From NCBI GenBank assembly GCA_049322915.1, contig JBMOPW010000034.1, forward strand, positions 456,567-520,566: a stretch of DNA of 64,000 nucleotides. The letters are read 5' to 3'. The translations under genes and the position numbers were made by a program. Positions 26,514 to 35,515 of the stretch are shown here, piece by piece (the first letter of the stretch is position 1; each line of letters begins with the position of its first letter). The notes under the pieces are model-generated. The model ran no database searches and had not been told where the DNA came from. It saw only the letters and a list, made by a program, of their open reading frames with translations. This DNA is from Candidatus Zhuqueibacterota bacterium. Its GTDB lineage: Bacteria; Zhuqueibacterota; Zhuqueibacteria; Thermofontimicrobiales; Thermofontimicrobiaceae.

Positions 26514-28898
26514 TCATTCCGCTTCGGCATTTTTGGGCGCGAACGCGTTGTAAAGCAACAGCCCGAGGATGGTCACAACGCCAATGCCGCTGAATATGAG
26601 CCACAGCGTCCGGGGCTGATTCAGTTGATCGACAAAATGGACGTACATATTCGCGCCGAGAATCGCACCGATGCTGCTGCCGATCACGCCGTACAAAAAG
26701 ATATAGCCCATGTACGTGGCCACGCGGTCTTTGGGAGCTGTGAGGCCCACATAGCTGATGAATTTGGGATGCGCGGTCATTTCACCAATGGAGAAAATGA
26801 CAATGCCAACCATGAATACCCAGATGCTCGTGGAAATCGCTAAAATGGCCATGCCCACCGTGCCCATCGCGATGCCGGCGATCATGGTCGGCAGCGCTTT
26901 GGTGTTTTTCACAATGGACGATACCACTAATTGCAGCAGGATGATTGTCCCGGCGTTGATCACGGTGACGTGCTCGACGTCGAAGAACCAGTTGATATTC
27001 ACGCCGATGAAGCCCAACACGGAATTGACGAAGCTGTTGAGCGAGGACGCATCGACATAGGCTTTTACGTACCACAGCACTGAATCGAACATCTGAAAAT
27101 AGAGAATCCAGAATCCTGAATAGATGAAAATCATCAGCAAAAATCTGAAATTGTCTTTGAACCGCGCCTGGTCTTCCACCTCGATGGTGAACAGGGAGAG
27201 CACGGAGAAATAAATGATCATGCTGACAAAGCGCGAGAAGACATTCAGCCCGGGTATCAGCCAGATGATAGCAATGATTCCCACAAAGGTCAACAGCACA
27301 TACAGCGCCTTTTTCAATTTTTCCGACTGAAGGAAAAGCTTCTGAATTTTCAGGATGAGCAGACTCGTGAGCAGAAGCAAAATCAGATACGGCAGGAAGA
27401 ACGATCGCCGCTGCGAGGAAGCGACCAGTTCATCCAGCCGCGACTGGCTCAGGTGCATCAAGTTGGGGAAGCCGCGCAGTTCGGTGAGCAGCTCGGCTCG
27501 GCGGGCTGAATATGCTTTCATGTCGTGAATTGTCAGCGTAATTTTCTGGTTGTCCTCCGCGGCGATTTTATACCCGGACGCTGCGCCTGCCCCCTTTTCG
27601 TACCCCACACGCAGGAGCGATTTCCTCCTGGCCTGTTCCAGAAGCGATGTGATCGTCTCCGGGCTGAACTCAGCGAATGCCGGATTACTCTGAATTTCCT
27701 GCACCAGTGCCGACTCGTACTGCCTGAACAGGTCCGGCTTGAACAGCGTGACCATGAGTCGATTGGCATGATCCGATGTCAACCGCTCGAACAGGGGCGC
27801 GATGTGTTCGCGGTCGAGAGTCAGCCGCCCCGCGGACAGCGCATTCAAATTCGTCACCAGCGAATCCAATTGCGGCGCCGGATGCACCAGCGTGACGGCC
27901 ATGTCATTGCCATCGATGGTGACATTCTTAAAATAGCAGGCGGCGAAGGATTCCGGCCGATGGTAGACGACGAGATTGATCCCGGCGACCGACTCAGCAA
28001 AATGACGCTGAATGGTGTAGGGATTTTCGCGCATGACATCGCGATCGATTTTGAAAGTCAAAGCAGCGCCATTCTGAACATGCGTGGCGTGAACAATCTC
28101 ATCGGTGACCGGTTCCAGAGTGATGTACTGCCACGCGGCAAGCGCAGCCAGCAGAACGATGACAGCCCACACCCATTTCGCGCCGGGTTTGGCCGAGCGC
28201 AGATAAAAATAAATGAGCACAAAGGGACTGTAAATAATCTCGAACGCATTGGCGACCGTTTTCAGCAGATTCAACCCCTTCCCCTTGCCTTTCGCTTCCG
28301 GCATGGGCGGCTCTTTGTAGAACAGCACGGTGGGAAGAATCATAGCGCCGGTGCCCAGCGCCGACGCAATGATGACCCAGCGCCAGCCGAACATGGGACT
28401 ATTTTTGAGGAACGGCACGAGTATCAGAGGAAACAGGAACGCGCCGAGATTGATGGACCAGTAGTAAATGCCAAATCCCAGCGTGCTATTGCTTTTGTCC
28501 GTGGTGCGGGCGATGGAACCTGAAATGATCGGTTTGAACGTGCCGGCGCCCAGCGCCATCACACACAATGCCAGGAACACCGCGGAATAGGAGGTCATCT
28601 GGCTGGTCAGAAAATAGCCGCCTCCCAGCAGGGCGAACGCCACGGTCAGCGTTTTGCGATAGCCAAATCGATCTGCCAGCGCTCCGCTGATGATGGGCAG
28701 AAAGTACAGGATCGGCTGAATCGTGCCTTTTATCAGACCAACGCCGGTTTTGGCAAAACCGAGTACATCGGTCAGATATATCGAGAGAACGCTCATCATC
28801 CCATAATAGGATCCGCGCTCAAAAAACTCGAATAAAATCACAATCCAATATGTTGTAGAGAACGACCGGAGGAGCCCCTTTTTCCCTTGTTCGGACAT
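26514..28898 (-). CDS. POT/PTR-like MFS peptide transporter with large central insertion
   Basis: EFFER (ExxER), GALADRFG, GAGTFKP, YYWSINLG, FWILYFQ, FSIGEM motifs; 794 aa. Confidence 0.82.
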   Translation of the reverse strand: MSEQGKKGLLRSFSTTYWIVILFEFFERGSYYGMMSVLSIYLTDVLGFAKTGVGLIKGTIQPILYFLPIISGALADRFGYRKTLTVAFALLGGGYFLTSQMTSYSAVFLALCVMALGAGTFKPIISGSIARTTDKSNSTLGFGIYYWSINLGAFLFPLILVPFLKNSPMFGWRWVIIASALGTGAMILPTVLFYKEPPMPEAKGKGKGLNLLKTVANAFEIIYSPFVLIYFYLRSAKPGAKWVWAVIVLLAALAAWQYITLEPVTDEIVHATHVQNGAALTFKIDRDVMRENPYTIQRHFAESVAGINLVVYHRPESFAACYFKNVTIDGNDMAVTLVHPAPQLDSLVTNLNALSAGRLTLDREHIAPLFERLTSDHANRLMVTLFKPDLFRQYESALVQEIQSNPAFAEFSPETITSLLEQARRKSLLRVGYEKGAGAASGYKIAAEDNQKITLTIHDMKAYSARRAELLTELRGFPNLMHLSQSRLDELVASSQRRSFFLPYLILLLLTSLLILKIQKLFLQSEKLKKALYVLLTFVGIIAIIWLIPGLNVFSRFVSMIIYFSVLSLFTIEVEDQARFKDNFRFLLMIFIYSGFWILYFQMFDSVLWYVKAYVDASSLNSFVNSVLGFIGVNINWFFDVEHVTVINAGTIILLQLVVSSIVKNTKALPTMIAGIAMGTVGMAILAISTSIWVFMVGIVIFSIGEMTAHPKFISYVGLTAPKDRVATYMGYIFLYGVIGSSIGAILGANMYVHFVDQLNQPRTLWLIFSGIGVVTILGLLLYNAFAPKNAEAE

Positions 28899-29194
28899 AA
28901 TTTTCCTTTTCGATGAATATACACGTCTATGCAGGCTGAAGACATTTCGTTGAGCCGTCCATTTGGGTCAGGCTCCGAATGAGAAATCCGAAGCAACGGT
29001 GAATTCCGCCCATCGTTTTGATGCCATCGACACGGACGGAGCCACTCAATCATTGCACGGAATTGAACGAAAATCTGGCGCACGCCTGTCTTTCTATGAA
29101 TTTCACTTTTGAGACAGTAACAGTAATAATTTATAATAAAAAAGTCAAGAAAAAATTTAGCTCCCCATTCCTTACCGCGAATCTGCCCATAAAC

Positions 29195-29217
29195 AAAAAA
29201 CCGATCCGCAGATCGGT
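29195..29217 (-). terminator. Terminator of the 29247-29681 gene
   Basis: accgatc-cgca-gatcggt stem followed by a T-run on the minus strand. Confidence 0.7.
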
Positions 29218-29246
29218 CTTCGCTCCTTCCGCTGTGGCGCTCTGGA

Positions 29247-29681
29247 TCACTCGCCGAAAAAATTAACCGGGCGGTCAAAGTCATGCATGTACGAGGCTTT
29301 ATCTTCTCCGAACGATTCTTCCAATTTTTTCTTTTTGTAATCCACGACAAACGTGGAGTGCTTGCCATAAATCCGATTGAACACCACAATGAACTCGTGC
29401 CCATCTTCGTCAACCATTTTAATTTCGGCCAGGTCATCGTCGTAGGGCGCAGTGAAGCTGCGATGGCAGCGTGGATTGGTGCAGCGAAATTCCACGCGCG
29501 CGCCATCCCGCATCGTGATGTAGGCGTCGGTCATCGCGCTGTAATGGCCCAGGGAACTCGGCAGGAAAATAGTGGCCTCACAGGTAAAATAGTCGCATTC
29601 GAAAATCCCCTTCATTTTGATGATCGAATCTTCCAATTGGGATAGCTTTTCATTGCAATGCGGACAAAAGTATTGTTTCAT
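29247..29681 (-). CDS. Hypothetical protein with putative Zn-binding Cys motifs
   Basis: CPHC near the N-terminus and CTNPRC mid-protein; GGAG RBS; own terminator. Confidence 0.7.
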   Translation of the reverse strand: MKQYFCPHCNEKLSQLEDSIIKMKGIFECDYFTCEATIFLPSSLGHYSAMTDAYITMRDGARVEFRCTNPRCHRSFTAPYDDDLAEIKMVDEDGHEFIVVFNRIYGKHSTFVVDYKKKKLEESFGEDKASYMHDFDRPVNFFGE

Positions 29682-29741
29682 AACAGCGCTCCGTTCTTAT
29701 TTTATTTTCATCGTGAAAATTTCTCTGCTGCAATTACAACT

Positions 29742-31898
29742 TTATTCAAATAATGTGAATTGCCGCTGCTCCTGAACCGACTGGTTAGCCAGGTTATCCG
29801 TGATCTTAATCAGCAATTCAGTGACGCCGTTTTCCAGATTGGTCAAATCAAAAGCGATGTATTCGATGGCCTCGGTTGAATTTCCGGATCGATACGAGGC
29901 TGAGGTCACCACACTTTTTTCCTGTCCTGAGAAAATCCTGGGGATGCTGCCTAACGTCTTCTGCCAGAAACTGCGCCGGGGCTCGATTGTCTTTACGGTA
30001 TATGAGACTTCGAAATTGGAATTGCCCCCGCTGTCCAGAGTCAGATTGTAAATTTCGAAATAGACGTGAATCGGCTTGGATTTAATGACACGCGAAAACG
30101 TGTACGGCGTGACGGACAGGTCATTCTTGACAAACATCTTGTTGGAGGCAGATGTCCCCGCCTGAATATCGGAAGACAACTGGATATCGCTCAGCATCAG
30201 GTGGGATGCGGTGAAATCTCTGACGCTGATTTGTTCTTTTTTCACGCCTTTGCGGGTTAAGTTTTTATTGTTGATGACAAAGGAAAAATCATATTGGCCC
30301 GGCAAAATCTGGTAGTTCTGTTGAAACAGGAATTGCCGCGTTTCCATTTTATCGAGAGCATCCAGTTTGATGGAAAACCGGTCGTGATTGCTGATGATTG
30401 AGTTGTAATTGCTGTCTTGCACATCAATGAAGAAATCTGTATAGTTGACGTACCGTTCGCCTTCCTTTTCAAAATTCATCCCAACGCCCGGGAAGGATGT
30501 GAAAACCTCGAACCGGGTTTTTCCGCTATCCCCGCGAAACTGCGCCCATTTGGTCAGAAACGGAAATTGCTCGGACTTGAACTCATAGCGATACAGTTCA
30601 CCGGGATATTTTTCGAGCGCTTCACCCCTGTCTCCGTGGAAATTATTCAATCTATCCCAGCTAAAGCTGACGGATAGATTGGCGTATGCCTGGCTCAGAT
30701 GGCTGCGATTGGCGTACAGGTTGCCGGCCAGCACCAATCGGGATTCGTACGAGTAACCCGCAATGGCCGCTTCGGTCAAATCATCAACCTGGCGAAAGTA
30801 GCCCCCTTCAGACACAAAATCGAACACCAACCCTTTTTCAACGCTTTCGTATGTCCACGACTCATTATCCTTTGCCGGCAGGGAGCCCAGTTGCGAATGG
30901 TAGCGATCGTCCGGCGGGCCGTATTTGATATAAATGCGCCCGCGATCATCGTAATACGGCGGCGCAGTAAAATGAAAATTTTCGTGCGCGAAATTCACCC
31001 GCCTGAAATGCTCCATCAGCCGCTCATTTTCCGGCGTGCTCGGATCCGGGTCGCGACGTCGCCAGAATTTTTTGAACAATGCCCGGCTTTCTTCGAGCGC
31101 GACTGCCTCGAATTCCTTCTTCTCCGAAGGGGATAACAGGATGCGCAATTCATCGTAAAGCTCATCCAGCATTGCCGGGTCATCAAGCGTTTCGATGCCT
31201 GTGAAATAGCTCTCCGTGGCTTTTTTCGGATTACCAATTTCATAGTAGACATTGGCTTTTCGAATACTGGCCCGCGCGTAATCCTTGTGGTCAGGTTGTA
31301 TCTGCTGCAATGATTTCAGCGCCGGGCCATAGTCTTTCAGCAATAAATGTGTATAGCCCAATTGATAGAATGCGTCCCGATAATCCGGGGCATCGCGATG
31401 AATATCCATCAGAATATCGCGCGCTTTCTGAAGGTTATCCGACTTGCCCTTTTTCTGGTAGGTCAAAGCCAGAAAATACCGCGCCGGCAGGTAAGCCGGA
31501 TCGATTTCCAGCGCTGCCTCGAACTTGCCGATGGCTTTTGAATAATGATCTTTTTTAAATAGTTCTTTCAACCGTTCCAGCGGAATGACTTTGCTGGGCC
31601 CGCGGTGATAGTGTGTGAGGCCAATTCCGGTGAGACCCAAAATTTTCAAGGAGTCGATGCCAGTCACGTATTCGTATTGAACTTCTGCTTCCTCGTATTT
31701 CTCGTCCTGAAGATACAATTGAGCCAATTTCACTCGGAGCAATGGATGGCCTCCGGCATCGATCTGCCCAATGAGCAATGCAATGGAATCCGGGCGGGAT
31801 GAAGCAACCGAATCGACCCGGGCTGCCTCCTGGCCGGGCGCCAGCCCCGAGAGCACGAGCACAAACAGAACGCATACCAACATGGTTTTATCATTCAT
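29742..31898 (-). CDS. Secreted TPR + GWxTD-domain protein
   Basis: Signal peptide; TPR-like helices; FWRRRDPDPSTPENE...RVNFAHENF...DDRGRIYIKYGPPD; LMLSDIQL C-terminal domain. Confidence 0.85.
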   Translation of the reverse strand: MNDKTMLVCVLFVLVLSGLAPGQEAARVDSVASSRPDSIALLIGQIDAGGHPLLRVKLAQLYLQDEKYEEAEVQYEYVTGIDSLKILGLTGIGLTHYHRGPSKVIPLERLKELFKKDHYSKAIGKFEAALEIDPAYLPARYFLALTYQKKGKSDNLQKARDILMDIHRDAPDYRDAFYQLGYTHLLLKDYGPALKSLQQIQPDHKDYARASIRKANVYYEIGNPKKATESYFTGIETLDDPAMLDELYDELRILLSPSEKKEFEAVALEESRALFKKFWRRRDPDPSTPENERLMEHFRRVNFAHENFHFTAPPYYDDRGRIYIKYGPPDDRYHSQLGSLPAKDNESWTYESVEKGLVFDFVSEGGYFRQVDDLTEAAIAGYSYESRLVLAGNLYANRSHLSQAYANLSVSFSWDRLNNFHGDRGEALEKYPGELYRYEFKSEQFPFLTKWAQFRGDSGKTRFEVFTSFPGVGMNFEKEGERYVNYTDFFIDVQDSNYNSIISNHDRFSIKLDALDKMETRQFLFQQNYQILPGQYDFSFVINNKNLTRKGVKKEQISVRDFTASHLMLSDIQLSSDIQAGTSASNKMFVKNDLSVTPYTFSRVIKSKPIHVYFEIYNLTLDSGGNSNFEVSYTVKTIEPRRSFWQKTLGSIPRIFSGQEKSVVTSASYRSGNSTEAIEYIAFDLTNLENGVTELLIKITDNLANQSVQEQRQFTLFE

Positions 31899-32775
31899 TG
31901 TTTTTGTCCGTTTCTGGTAAAAACAAAATGCCGGTTGAATCAGCCTGCTGCTTCAGATTCTGAGGAATTCGTGGGTCTGTCAGAGCGGATTCAAAGATAG
32001 AAATCTGGGGCTGTTCACGAATTTCAGACTTTGGCCGTGTTCCTCTCACATAAACAGGAGTGTTGAGCACAGCTTTCATTTCATCCTCGCTGAGCATTCT
32101 GGAATTATGCATCAGCCGCAGAATGCGAGCCTGGCGCTTTCGGGCGCCTGAAAAATTTTTGAATAAATCCAATTCGATGGGATTGGGCAAAATGGCGGCC
32201 AACAGCGTGGACTCCGCCAGATTCAGGCTGGCTGCTGGCTTGTCAAAATAATACCGCGCCGCTGCTTCGGCGCCATACACATTCCTTCCCCATTCCACGA
32301 TATTCAGGTAATACTCCAGAATTCGCTGCTTGGTCCACACCTTTTCAATGCGCTGCGTGAGGATGATCTCTTTGACTTTTCTTGTCACCGTCTTTTTCTT
32401 GTGCAAAAATGCATTCCGCGCCAACTGCATGGTGATGGTGCTCGCGCCGCGGGCATAGCGTTTCTTCTGCATATTTTCCTGAAATGCCTTTTTCATTTCC
32501 GTCATGTTAATTCCGGCGTGATGAAAAAATGCATCATCCTCGCTGATGATGACCGCGCTCCGCAATTCCGGCGAAATCTGAGAAAGCGGCACGTACTTGC
32601 GCACCGGCGCCACAGCATCCCGAGTCCAGTCGAATCCGTTGAAATGAGTCACCGTGGTCTCCGGGCGATATTTCTTGATCGTCGCTTCATTCGGCAGACT
32701 CGAGACAAGGTAAAAATAGCCAACAGCAATGATGGCTAAAAAAAAGAGCAGAATTTTTATCGAGTTGTTCTTCAT
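31891..32775 (-). CDS. mtgA: Monofunctional peptidoglycan transglycosylase
   Basis: SEDDAFFHHAG, RGASTITMQLARN, RKVKE, KQRILEYYLNIVEWG, LAAILPNP; no transpeptidase domain. Confidence 0.88.
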   Translation of the reverse strand: MKNNSIKILLFFLAIIAVGYFYLVSSLPNEATIKKYRPETTVTHFNGFDWTRDAVAPVRKYVPLSQISPELRSAVIISEDDAFFHHAGINMTEMKKAFQENMQKKRYARGASTITMQLARNAFLHKKKTVTRKVKEIILTQRIEKVWTKQRILEYYLNIVEWGRNVYGAEAAARYYFDKPAASLNLAESTLLAAILPNPIELDLFKNFSGARKRQARILRLMHNSRMLSEDEMKAVLNTPVYVRGTRPKSEIREQPQISIFESALTDPRIPQNLKQQADSTGILFLPETDKNNE

Positions 32776-32960
32776 TGGTGCCGTTGATTTTTTGTGTCAG
32801 GTTACTGGAAATGGTTGTAACAGCACGACGCTCAGGCGCCTTTTGCAATACGATGCATCTTCGCTGAAGTTGCCCTGCAGGAAACCGCCCAAAAATATAT
32901 ACATCCTTGTCACCATTTTCAAGCGAAATAATTGCCGGCCGATCTTCCCGATGGGCCTGG

Positions 32961-34094
32961 CTAATCGATATCCCTCACGGTTTTGCGATAGTGAATATTC
33001 TTCGCTTTCTGATAATCGAGGACAAATTGGAAACATCCCTCGTCCGCGCCGACGAACTCCGGCGGATTGATTCCCACGCGGGCGAAACGTTTTGCGAGGA
33101 TTAATCGCGCCACCGCTGTACAGGGGTAGCCGGTCGTGCGCGCCATGGAACTGATTTGCGTCGTCGGGTCGAACCGATCCAGAAGATCGTAAACATATTC
33201 TCTTCGGACGCCACTCTCCTGTCCAGCGATTTTAATCTTCATCACGGTGAATTCCTGCTCGTCCGCACCCAATTTCCAGAATGGGAACAACAATCGGGTG
33301 GTGAGATCGAGCGGACGAATGGCGCATCCGTTGACTTCAATAGTCTGCTTGGAGAAGAAACCAATCTCCCGGAGAACCCTCATCTTCTCAATATGCCCGG
33401 GATAGCGCAGCGTTTTCTCCTTCATGTTGGGGACGTTGATGGTTTTCAGCAGGGTGCGCAAACCATCGGTATTGAAGGACTCCAGCGTGCCGATCTCCCC
33501 GAAGTGCACCAATTCAGGTTCGGACAATGCCGGTCGCGTGTGAATTTTTCCGTCGATCAAAATTTTCGCCGGACGAATGTATTCTTCAATTACGTCGATG
33601 GGTGAAAAAGGCGCTTTGTACTCAAACGGCCAGCTTCGAACCAGCGGAAGTCCGCCCACCGAACACTCGAAACTCTCCACTTCCATGGTTGAATTGTGAT
33701 AGCCCAGGAACAGATTGCTCATCCCCGGGGCAACGCCACAATCCATCACAGCGACAACATTGTGCTTCTTCGCTAAGGCATCGAGTTCGAACGGGTCCTC
33801 TTCAAAAAATGAAATATCCACACTATTCTTCCCGGCTTCAATGACCGCCTGCAAGGTTTTAAAACCCATAAATCCAGGGACCGCGCCAATGACCAGATCA
33901 AAATCAGCGACCAGTTTCTTCACCGCAGCCGGATCGGATAGATCCGCTTCAATGGTATGAACGGATGCCTGCTGAGCTAACCGGGATAGATTTTCCGAAT
34001 TGACATCCACCGAAGTGACATCCACATCTGCGGTTAAATCTTTTGCCATCGCTGCGCCCACCATGCCAGCGCCTAAGACAACAACTTTCTTCAT
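32961..34094 (-). CDS. Saccharopine dehydrogenase / lysine 6-dehydrogenase family protein
   Basis: GAGMVG Rossmann motif, DCGVAPGMSN, VGGLP, TDGLRTL, KTLRYPGH, SSMARTTG. Confidence 0.9.
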   Translation of the reverse strand: MKKVVVLGAGMVGAAMAKDLTADVDVTSVDVNSENLSRLAQQASVHTIEADLSDPAAVKKLVADFDLVIGAVPGFMGFKTLQAVIEAGKNSVDISFFEEDPFELDALAKKHNVVAVMDCGVAPGMSNLFLGYHNSTMEVESFECSVGGLPLVRSWPFEYKAPFSPIDVIEEYIRPAKILIDGKIHTRPALSEPELVHFGEIGTLESFNTDGLRTLLKTINVPNMKEKTLRYPGHIEKMRVLREIGFFSKQTIEVNGCAIRPLDLTTRLLFPFWKLGADEQEFTVMKIKIAGQESGVRREYVYDLLDRFDPTTQISSMARTTGYPCTAVARLILAKRFARVGINPPEFVGADEGCFQFVLDYQKAKNIHYRKTVRDID

Positions 34095-34320
34095 GCGAAT
34101 CCTCCAACGAAAATGAATTGAGACCTTGAGTAATTGGTAATTTGAGAGCTGCGAATCAGCAAGTTCAAGCGCCAGCTAACCCTTTTTTCAGCGTCATGGT
34201 CGTGTTAGTGATGAAGTCTTTGTTGGACTTCATCTTCGCCAAAATAATCCTGTTTTGATGGGAGCTAAATAATGTCTGAACATCCAAAGCAATGCAGCGT
34301 TTAGCGGCTTATAGTTATGG

Positions 34321-35505
34321 CTAATTGAAAATAGTAACAACCACTTCCTCTTCATTCTCTTCAATCTGAAGTTCAGGATTACCATTCTCTTTTAGCCATA
34401 AATTTGCCATCAGCACACCCTGACCAAGCATTTCGACAATGCCATAATAGGCAAAAAATTGTGCCAATATTGGATTGCGATGATACTTGGCACCGCTCTT
34501 CATTTTTTCAATTGAAATAGTATTTGGAAGCCGTCCTGGACTGGATATTTCGATTCGATCTTCAAAAATCCAAACCATAATCTCTGACCCGGCAATAGTA
34601 TAATCCCGATGAATGCAGGCATTGGCCAATATTTCACGGAAGACTTTATCTGGATAATCAAATTTGTCAATTCGATTCTTTCCGTCAATTCGGTAAGTCT
34701 TTGCGTTATGTATTTTGAAGAAGTTCCAGGCGTTATTAAAATTGGCGAACAAATTTTCATTAAAAAATTTATGATCGATCTTTTGGTCTGTTTTTGATTG
34801 TCCGTTTATTTTTATACTGGTTATTCCAACCTGTGGTAAGAACTTTTTGATTTCACCTTTTCCGAAAAGCAGCAAACCGGCAATAGTGGGTTGCAGCCCC
34901 TTTTCTGTTTCAACCAGCAAGTCGAGATTTTTGAGAGCCGTTTCCGGATTTCCTGAAGCAATTGAAACCTGTCTGATATTTTTATTCAGAAAATCAGTTG
35001 CAAAATCCAAATCAAAATTTTCCATACTCGCATAAGCGACGGGAATAATCTCATAATGAATATGCGCTGAAGCTTGAAACAGCCGTTGTAATTCATCTCT
35101 GCTTTTCAACTTGCGTGATTTGCTTCCCTGGCGAATATATATTTCATCCGGATTAAATTTCTTTTCCGCGCCTTTGGGTATACAATAGGGCTTATTGCTT
35201 CCAACTTCCAATTCAATAATAGCAATCTTAGTTTCACCAATGTTGGTTTCGTAATAGGTCGGAAACACTGTCGGGAAGACCAAATCATCACAGATATTCA
35301 TGATTCTTTCTTCGTTGTCTTCCCGGGTCAAGCCTACGATTTGTTTATCATCAGAAACACCAAGAAAAAGATAGCCGCCTTTATGATTACTTAAAGCGAT
35401 AACCTCCTCCGCCAAATCTCTATTGGCGATCCGATCATCCTTAAATTCTACAAATGAGTTTTCACCGTTTTCGATCATCCTTAAGATTTCTATCTCTGTG
35501 AGCAT
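34321..35505 (-). CDS. Schlafen/AlbA_2 domain + HATPase_c_4 domain protein
   Basis: GENSFVEFK...ALSNHKGGYLFLGVSDD (AlbA_2); REILANACIHRDY...DRIEISSPG...RNPILA...GQGV (HATPase_c_4); ATG 35505 with GGGAG RBS. Confidence 0.88.
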   Translation of the reverse strand: MLTEIEILRMIENGENSFVEFKDDRIANRDLAEEVIALSNHKGGYLFLGVSDDKQIVGLTREDNEERIMNICDDLVFPTVFPTYYETNIGETKIAIIELEVGSNKPYCIPKGAEKKFNPDEIYIRQGSKSRKLKSRDELQRLFQASAHIHYEIIPVAYASMENFDLDFATDFLNKNIRQVSIASGNPETALKNLDLLVETEKGLQPTIAGLLLFGKGEIKKFLPQVGITSIKINGQSKTDQKIDHKFFNENLFANFNNAWNFFKIHNAKTYRIDGKNRIDKFDYPDKVFREILANACIHRDYTIAGSEIMVWIFEDRIEISSPGRLPNTISIEKMKSGAKYHRNPILAQFFAYYGIVEMLGQGVLMANLWLKENGNPELQIEENEEEVVVTIFN

Positions 35506-35515
35506 TAGCTTCTCC

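Noticed and set aside
27525..28523. 332-aa plus-strand ORF (likewise 41169-42122, 1068-1910, 13704-14465)
   Set aside because: Antisense to well-supported genes; typical stop-poor shadow frames
34170..34215. gctaac...gttag as an integron attC at the island edge
   Set aside because: Spacing too short for attC, no inner L boxes, no integrase in the window
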